A stretch of DNA of 64,000 bases from the NCBI GenBank assembly GCA_028690055.1, contig JAQVBZ010000004.1, forward strand, positions 1,855 to 65,854, written 5' to 3'. A model generated the notes under the pieces. That model worked only from the letters and a program-made list of their open reading frames with translations, ran no database searches and had not been told where the DNA came from. Source of the DNA: Minisyncoccota bacterium (GTDB lineage: Bacteria; Patescibacteriota; Minisyncoccia; JAHIHE01; JAGLIN01). Below are positions 59,082 to 64,000 of the stretch, piece by piece (the stretch's first letter is position 1; the number at the start of each line of letters is the position of its first letter). A program made the translations under genes and the position numbers.

Positions 59082-59267
59082 ATGGCAAGAACAGCATTAA
59101 TAGTAAAAGCACAAAAAAAACCGAAGTTTTCCACCCGTATCGTCCGCCGATGCTGGAAGTGTGGAAGAAATCACGGATATCTCAGTAAATTTGACCTCTG
59201 CCGGATTTGTTTCCGAGAGCTGGCAAGCAAGGGAGAATTGCCGGGAGTCAAGAAGAGCAGCTGGTAA
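59082..59267 (+). CDS. rpsZ: 30S ribosomal protein S14 type Z (zinc-binding)
   Basis: 61 aa, [20 protein letters not shown]. Confidence 0.92.
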   Translation: MARTALIVKAQKKPKFSTRIVRRCWKCGRNHGYLSKFDLCRICFRELASKGELPGVKKSSW

Positions 59268-59291
59268 TTTTTGATTTGAAATTCAGTCTTT

Positions 59292-59345
59292 TACACATAT
59301 ACGGGTCCCGGATATTTTGCAGAGCAGAATTTCGGGATGACAGAC
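59292..59345. repeat. Right-terminus fragment of family A element between rpsZ and rpsH
   Basis: cccggatattttgcagagcagaatttcgggatgacaga (compare 31540-31577). Confidence 0.45.
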
Positions 59346-59383
59346 AAGCTGTCAGTTTTTATAAATAATGTTAATTTTTTGAT

Positions 59384-59779
59384 ATGACTATGACAGATCC
59401 AATCGCGGATATGCTCACACGAATAAGGAATGCGCAAAGAGCTAACCACATCAAAGTACAAATGCCTTCTTCGAACTTCAAGTTGGCTATTGCAAAGATT
59501 CTCAAGAAAGAGGGTTATATTGAAGATGTAATCCAATACAAAAAGGGCTTCAAAGTCACGTTGGAAATCGTGCTCAAGAAAAGCGATGATAAATATGCGA
59601 TTGCTGAAATCCAGAGGGTAAGCAGACCTGGGCAGCGCGTGTATGTCGGTAAGAGCAGAATCCCTAAAATCTTGAACGGATATGGTCTTGCAATCATTTC
59701 CACGTCCCAGGGGCTTATGACCAACGAGGATGCCAAGGAAAAAGGCTTGGGCGGAGAGATCGTTTTCAAAGTCTGGTAG
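59384..59779 (+). CDS. rpsH: 30S ribosomal protein S8
   Basis: …DPIADMLTRIRNA…. Confidence 0.93.
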   Translation: MTMTDPIADMLTRIRNAQRANHIKVQMPSSNFKLAIAKILKKEGYIEDVIQYKKGFKVTLEIVLKKSDDKYAIAEIQRVSRPGQRVYVGKSRIPKILNGYGLAIISTSQGLMTNEDAKEKGLGGEIVFKVW

Positions 59780-59820
59780 AAAGACCTTCGTCCATAATAA
59801 TTTAACTCTAGATAATATAT

Positions 59821-60366
59821 ATGAGTAAGATAGGAAAAAAAGCCATAGAGATTCCGAGCGGCGTCACGGTTACTCTGGGCGATAAGAACAAAGTCAGTGT
59901 GAAAGGCCCGAAAGGGGAATTGGCAGCGAGCTTCGATGCGGAAATCAAAATTGTAATCGAGGGGAATGAATTGACCGTCAATCCGCGCAAAGATATCAAA
60001 AGGCTGTATGCGCTCTGGGGGCTCACCCGCAGTTTGATTGCCAATATGATTGAAGGAGTCGTCAAGGGCTACGAGAAAAAATTGGAATTGCAAGGGGTAG
60101 GTTACAAAGTCGTTCTCAAAGGCAACGATTTGGATTTGGCCTTGGGATTCTCGCACCCGGTACTTTTCAAAGCTCCGGAAGGAATCAAATTCGTTGTAGA
60201 AAAGAATGTCATTACTATTGCCGGCATCGACAAGCAGTCAGTAGGTCAGGTGGCGGCAGAAATCAGAAAGCTCAGGAAGCCGGAACCGTACAAAGGTAAA
60301 GGAGTTCGCTATGTAGGTGAACAGGTAAGACGGAAGGCTGGAAAGAAAGTCGGATCAGGAAGCTAA
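59821..60366 (+). CDS. rplF: 50S ribosomal protein L6
   Basis: MSKIGKKAIEIPSGV…. Confidence 0.93.
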   Translation: MSKIGKKAIEIPSGVTVTLGDKNKVSVKGPKGELAASFDAEIKIVIEGNELTVNPRKDIKRLYALWGLTRSLIANMIEGVVKGYEKKLELQGVGYKVVLKGNDLDLALGFSHPVLFKAPEGIKFVVEKNVITIAGIDKQSVGQVAAEIRKLRKPEPYKGKGVRYVGEQVRRKAGKKVGSGS

Positions 60367-60415
60367 TATTTGAAAAGAATTTTCTTTAGATATTAAGATA
60401 ATATTAATTATAAAT

Positions 60416-60772
60416 ATGATAGATAAAGTGAAAGCCAAAAGAGACGGGAGACTGAGACGGCACAATCGTGTGCGCGCTAAAGTTTCAGGGACGGCTGAAA
60501 TCCCCCGACTTAATGTCTTCAGGAGCAACAAGGGTCTATTTATCCAGCTCATCGATGATGTGGACGGTAAGACCTTGGCAAGCGTCAATGACGCCGATGT
60601 GAAGACGGGCAAGACCAAGGTGGAGAAAGCCAAAGAAGCCGGAAAGCTGATCGCCAAGAAGGCGGAAGATATAAAGATCAAGAAGGCTGTCTTTGACCGA
60701 GGCGGTTATAAATATCACGGCAGAACGCAAGCAGTTGCCGAGGGCGCGAGAGAAGGCGGACTTGAGTTCTAA
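60416..60772 (+). CDS. rplR: 50S ribosomal protein L18
   Basis: …[18 protein letters not shown]…. Confidence 0.9.
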   Translation: MIDKVKAKRDGRLRRHNRVRAKVSGTAEIPRLNVFRSNKGLFIQLIDDVDGKTLASVNDADVKTGKTKVEKAKEAGKLIAKKAEDIKIKKAVFDRGGYKYHGRTQAVAEGAREGGLEF

Positions 60773-60799
60773 TTTATTAATAAACGTTTGCTTTAAAAT

Positions 60800-61441
60800 A
60801 TGATAAAGAAAGAAGACAATAAAAGAAGGAAAGGCGGCTTCAACAAGAAGCGGGAAAAACCTGAGTTCGATCAGAAGGTGATCGATATCGCCCGTGTGAC
60901 TCGTGTCGTAAAAGGCGGAAAGAGATTCAGCTTTCGGACCACGGTGGTTATCGGTGACAAGAAGGGGCGCGTCGGCGTCGGTGTTGCCAAGGGTCCTGAC
61001 ATGAAAGTCTCAACGGAAAAATCTTTCGCACAGGCTAAGAAGAATCTGGTGAAAGTGAGCTTTACCGGAAATACCGTTCCTTATCAGGTGGAGCAGAAAG
61101 TGGGTAGTGCTCATGTGCTTATCAAGCCGGCAGTCAAAGGACGCGGTATCGTTGCCGGTGGTGCGGTGCGTGCAGTCATGAATCTGGTCGGAGTGAGAGA
61201 TATTTCGGCCAAGATGTTGGGATCCAAGAACAAGCTCAGTAATGCTCGCGCGACTATCAAAGCGTTGGAAATTTTCTCTGTCAAAACCGTAGGTGAGATG
61301 AAAAAGGAAAAGACCAAAGCTGAGGAGAAGGAAAAAGTTGCTGCGGCGGCAACTAAGACCAAGACTCCTATTGAAGACAGTAAAGCAGAAGAACCTAAGA
61401 AGGCTATCAAGCCGAAAACAGCTACCAAAAAAGCGGAATAA
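60800..61441 (+). CDS. rpsE: 30S ribosomal protein S5 (with N- and C-terminal K/A/E-rich extensions)
   Basis: …VTRVVKGGKRFSFRTTVVIGD… dsRBD + S5 C-terminal domain. Confidence 0.92.
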   Translation: MIKKEDNKRRKGGFNKKREKPEFDQKVIDIARVTRVVKGGKRFSFRTTVVIGDKKGRVGVGVAKGPDMKVSTEKSFAQAKKNLVKVSFTGNTVPYQVEQKVGSAHVLIKPAVKGRGIVAGGAVRAVMNLVGVRDISAKMLGSKNKLSNARATIKALEIFSVKTVGEMKKEKTKAEEKEKVAAAATKTKTPIEDSKAEEPKKAIKPKTATKKAE

Positions 61442-61477
61442 AATCCGATATTAATTTAGGTAAAGTCTATTAATTAT

Positions 61478-61927
61478 ATGCAGCTACATCAATTAACGCC
61501 GAACCCAAAGGCGAAAAAGAAAAGAGTCGGTCGAGGAGGAGCTCATGGAACGACGGCGACCCGTGGTACCAAGGGGCAGAAATCACGATCCGGCGGGGGA
61601 AAAGGAAAGAACTTTACAGGAGAAAAAATTCCGCTGTTCCGTAAGACTCCGAAATTGAGAGGTTTCAAGAGTTTGCGACCAAAGAATTTGGCGGTGAACC
61701 TTTCCCAAATCGAAGCTAAATTCGAAAATGGCGAGGTGGTAAATCCTGTCAGCTTGTTTCAAAAAGGGCTCATCAGAAGCGGCAGGGGTGCTGCAGTCAA
61801 AATTCTGGGTAATGGAGAGATAAGCAAGAAGAATATTTTTGAAAATTGTTTAGTGTCCAAGACGGCTGAGGAAAAAATCAAGAAAGCCGGAGGAGAAATC
61901 AAAGGAGAGCTTGAATCTCTCGCCTAA
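61478..61927 (+). CDS. rplO: 50S ribosomal protein L15
   Basis: …KKRVGRGGAHGTTATRGTKGQKSRSGG…; directly follows rpsE with no rpmD (L30) between. Confidence 0.92.
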   Translation: MQLHQLTPNPKAKKKRVGRGGAHGTTATRGTKGQKSRSGGGKGKNFTGEKIPLFRKTPKLRGFKSLRPKNLAVNLSQIEAKFENGEVVNPVSLFQKGLIRSGRGAAVKILGNGEISKKNIFENCLVSKTAEEKIKKAGGEIKGELESLA

Positions 61928-61932
61928 GAGTT

Positions 61933-62060
61933 TGTCTGAGAAGTAATCTTCGTTACGAAACCGTAAAATTTCGAGCGAAAAAATGAAAATCGAGGAAGGC
62001 TATCGTTTAATAACGTGACGAGACTTGGACCTTTTGCAGTCGAAATTTTACGGTTGTAGC
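61933..62060. other. Long imperfect inverted repeat (~40-bp arms) between rplO and secY: structured RNA or MITE
   Basis: gtctgagaagtaatcttcgttacgaaaccgtaaaatttcgag … ctcgaaattttacggttgtagcaggaaaagacttctcaag; 16-bp perfect core AACCGTAAAATTTCGA. Confidence 0.5.
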
Positions 62061-62110
62061 AGGAAAAGACTTCTCAAGCAGGCTCTAAATAAAATTTTAA
62101 AAAATTTCTT

Positions 62111-63382
62111 ATGATGAGAAAAATAAAGCAGATCATAAAAGACAAAGAGCTTCGTAATAAGATTGTTTTTGTCTCTTGTATGTTGCTGGTGTTCCGTTTG
62201 GCTGCGCATATCCCGATTCCTATTGTCGACGCGACACGTCTTAAGGATCTTTTTCAAAGCAATCAAATGCTCGGAATGATGAATATTTTGACCGGAAGCG
62301 GAATGGAGAACTTTTCTTTGGTGATGCTTGGTGTCGGACCTTACATTACCGCATCAATCATTATGCAGCTTTTGACAATGATTTCTCCCAAAATGAAAGA
62401 GATCTATCACGAGTCGGGCGAAGAAGGCAGGAGAAAATTCAATCAATTGACTAGGCTTTTCACTGTACCCTTGGCACTTCTTTCCGGTTTCGGAATGATT
62501 ACTTTGCTGCGCAACCAAGGTGTGATCCTAGCTTCAGTTGACAATATTCAGATTATTTTAACACTCATTACTATCACCGCAGGTACGGTTTTCCTGATGT
62601 GGTTAGGAGAACTCATCTCGGAGAAAAACATCGGAAATGGTATTTCGCTGATCATTTTTGCCGGTATTGTCTCCGGTATCCCGAGAACGATTTCCCAGAC
62701 AATGGAAAGCGCCATTCCATGGCCCACTGTCCTCAGTCTGCTAGTGATGGCGGTTATCGTGGTTGTCGGGGTAGTCATCATTACCGAAGGGCAGAGAAAT
62801 ATTCCTGTCTCTTACGCGCGCAGAACCTCCGGCAACAAAGTCACTAGCGCCGGTGGATCTACGTTCTTGCCACTTCGAGTCAACTCATCCGGAATGATAC
62901 CGATTATTTTCGCTATGTCTATTATGCTTTTTCCCGGAATCATAGCTTCTTTCTTCATAAATAATTCCAATGTGCAGGTTGCCGGAGCGGCGATTTGGGT
63001 GCAGAATCTTTTTGCCAACCAGCGATTCTACGAAGTCCTATATTTCGTAATGGTATTCCTCTTCACTTATTTCTATACTGCTATCGTTTTTGATTCTCAG
63101 AGTGTTGCGGAGAACCTGCAAAAACACGGTGGGTTCGTGCCGGGCATCAGGCCGGGAAGAAATACGGCGGAATACCTGGAAAAGGTCATCAATCGCATCA
63201 CTTTCGTAGGCGCCTTGTTCTTGGGGTTAATGGCGGTTCTGCCGGTCATCGGACAGAACGTAACTCATGTCAGTACTTTTGCTATCGGCGGTTCCTCCGT
63301 TCTGATCGTAGTCGGAGTGGTGCTAGATACTATAAGGCAGATAGACTCTCAACTTACTATGAGAGATTACGAAGAAATATAG
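62111..63382 (+). CDS. secY: Protein translocase subunit SecY
   Basis: 423 aa, 10 TM, …GNGISLIIFAGIV… signature. Confidence 0.95.
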   Translation: MMRKIKQIIKDKELRNKIVFVSCMLLVFRLAAHIPIPIVDATRLKDLFQSNQMLGMMNILTGSGMENFSLVMLGVGPYITASIIMQLLTMISPKMKEIYHESGEEGRRKFNQLTRLFTVPLALLSGFGMITLLRNQGVILASVDNIQIILTLITITAGTVFLMWLGELISEKNIGNGISLIIFAGIVSGIPRTISQTMESAIPWPTVLSLLVMAVIVVVGVVIITEGQRNIPVSYARRTSGNKVTSAGGSTFLPLRVNSSGMIPIIFAMSIMLFPGIIASFFINNSNVQVAGAAIWVQNLFANQRFYEVLYFVMVFLFTYFYTAIVFDSQSVAENLQKHGGFVPGIRPGRNTAEYLEKVINRITFVGALFLGLMAVLPVIGQNVTHVSTFAIGGSSVLIVVGVVLDTIRQIDSQLTMRDYEEI

Positions 63383-63469
63383 TATTTGTTAAGATATACC
63401 TAAAACGGTCATTAAAGGGACCGTTTTAGTTTTGTGCATTGGCGCGATATGGTGTAGAATGAATGTGTA

Positions 63470-63528
63470 TTGCTTTGTCATTCTCGCCATTGCCATGGCG
63501 AGCATAAACTCCGGCGGGAATCCATGAT
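63470..63528. repeat. Family A left terminus + hairpin (partial element) between secY and adk
   Basis: ttgtcattctcgccattgccatggcgag…. Confidence 0.4.
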
Positions 63529-63726
63529 AGTTCGGATAAAAAGAGTGTTAAAAAGATTAGAAAACCTTAAAAAAATAGATTTTTAAACGATTAAGGTATT
63601 TTGGTTTCTGAAATAATAAACTTCCTCCGGAGCTTGTCCTCGCGAAAGCAGGGGCAGGAATGGCGGGCGGTATATCGATGGACACATTTATATAGATGCA
63701 GGTGGGCGTCATATTTTACTAAAATT

Positions 63727-64000
63727 ATGGATAGTAGCTTCAACATTTTACTGCTCGGTCCCTCCGGTGCCGGCAAAGGGACGCAGGCGAAACTTCTTGC
63801 GGAAAAGTACGGACTGAAACATTTGCAGAGCGGTGAGATCTTGCGCAATATGGCCGTGCAGGAAAACGATTTCGGCCGCAAGGTCAAAGCGGCGATGCAA
63901 GAAGGTTTCGTCCCCTCAGAGTGGATATTCAAAATGATCGAGGAAGAATTTTCCAAACTCGGGGAGCAGGGGGTGATTATCGATGGCTTCTCGCGCAAGC
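63727..64000 (+). CDS. adk: Adenylate kinase (5' part; runs off window end)
   Basis: ILLLGPSGAGKGTQAKLLAEKYGLKHLQSGEILR… P-loop and NMP-binding motifs; not in ORF track because it is truncated. Confidence 0.9.
   Translation, partial: MDSSFNILLLGPSGAGKGTQAKLLAEKYGLKHLQSGEILRNMAVQENDFGRKVKAAMQEGFVPSEWIFKMIEEEFSKLGEQGVIIDGFSRK

Noticed and set aside
1-64000. tRNA, rRNA, tmRNA or RNase P genes
   Set aside because: I scanned the intergenic regions by eye for T-loop (GTTCGA/GGTTC…) and acceptor-stem patterns and for RNase P or tmRNA conserved boxes, and found none. A proper tRNAscan-SE or Infernal run is needed to be certain.

Overview
This 64-kb window looks like a small, streamlined bacterial genome of CPR/Patescibacteria type: many r-proteins carry extensions, L30 is absent, ProRS is minimal, and no tRNA, rRNA or CRISPR array was found. 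Both ends are conserved ribosomal-protein operons, and the middle holds an accessory defence island with cell-envelope and housekeeping genes around it.

- **Left end (77-2997):** rpsD, rpoA, rplQ, rplM, rpsI.
- **Right end (50.8-64 kb):** tuf, then the S10 and spc operons from rpsJ to rplO, then secY and a partial adk.
- **Accessory island (~3-18.9 kb):** a type I R-M system (hsdM, hsdS, EcoEI-like hsdR) whose operon is interrupted by cargo genes.
  - Between hsdM and hsdS sit a COG1373-type AAA+ ATPase, a DUF4145/HEPN-like protein with an Rx4H motif, and a 195-aa unknown. The last two are translationally coupled to hsdS.
  - An orphan ParA-like ATPase sits between hsdS and hsdR.
  - A NERD-domain protein, a SWIM zinc-finger protein and a type IV pilin-like gene lie downstream of hsdR within the island (15.3-18.2 kb).
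  - The split ATPase plus HEPN pair inside an R-M operon resembles PrrC/RloC-style fail-safe modules. This is the strongest candidate for an undescribed defence arrangement.
- **Repeats:** the window carries at least three families of miniature inverted-repeat elements plus a GGGCACAAGATATTGTGCCC palindrome. The families have termini TTTGTCATTCCG…CGGAATGACAAA, GGAGTAGCAG…CTGCTACTCC, and CCGAATTAATTTAATCTG around a CCCTCTCCCGATGGGAGAGGG hairpin.
  - These elements split hsdS, ParA and hsdR apart.
  - One provides the stop codon of the pilin gene.
  - Two ~280-bp near-identical blocks follow frr and tsaC.
- **Other notable genes:** two MreB paralogues (one in an mreBCD-PBP2 operon), an orphan PorA-like subunit, a SET-domain protein, a minimal ProRS, and structured intergenic elements inside the r-protein operons.
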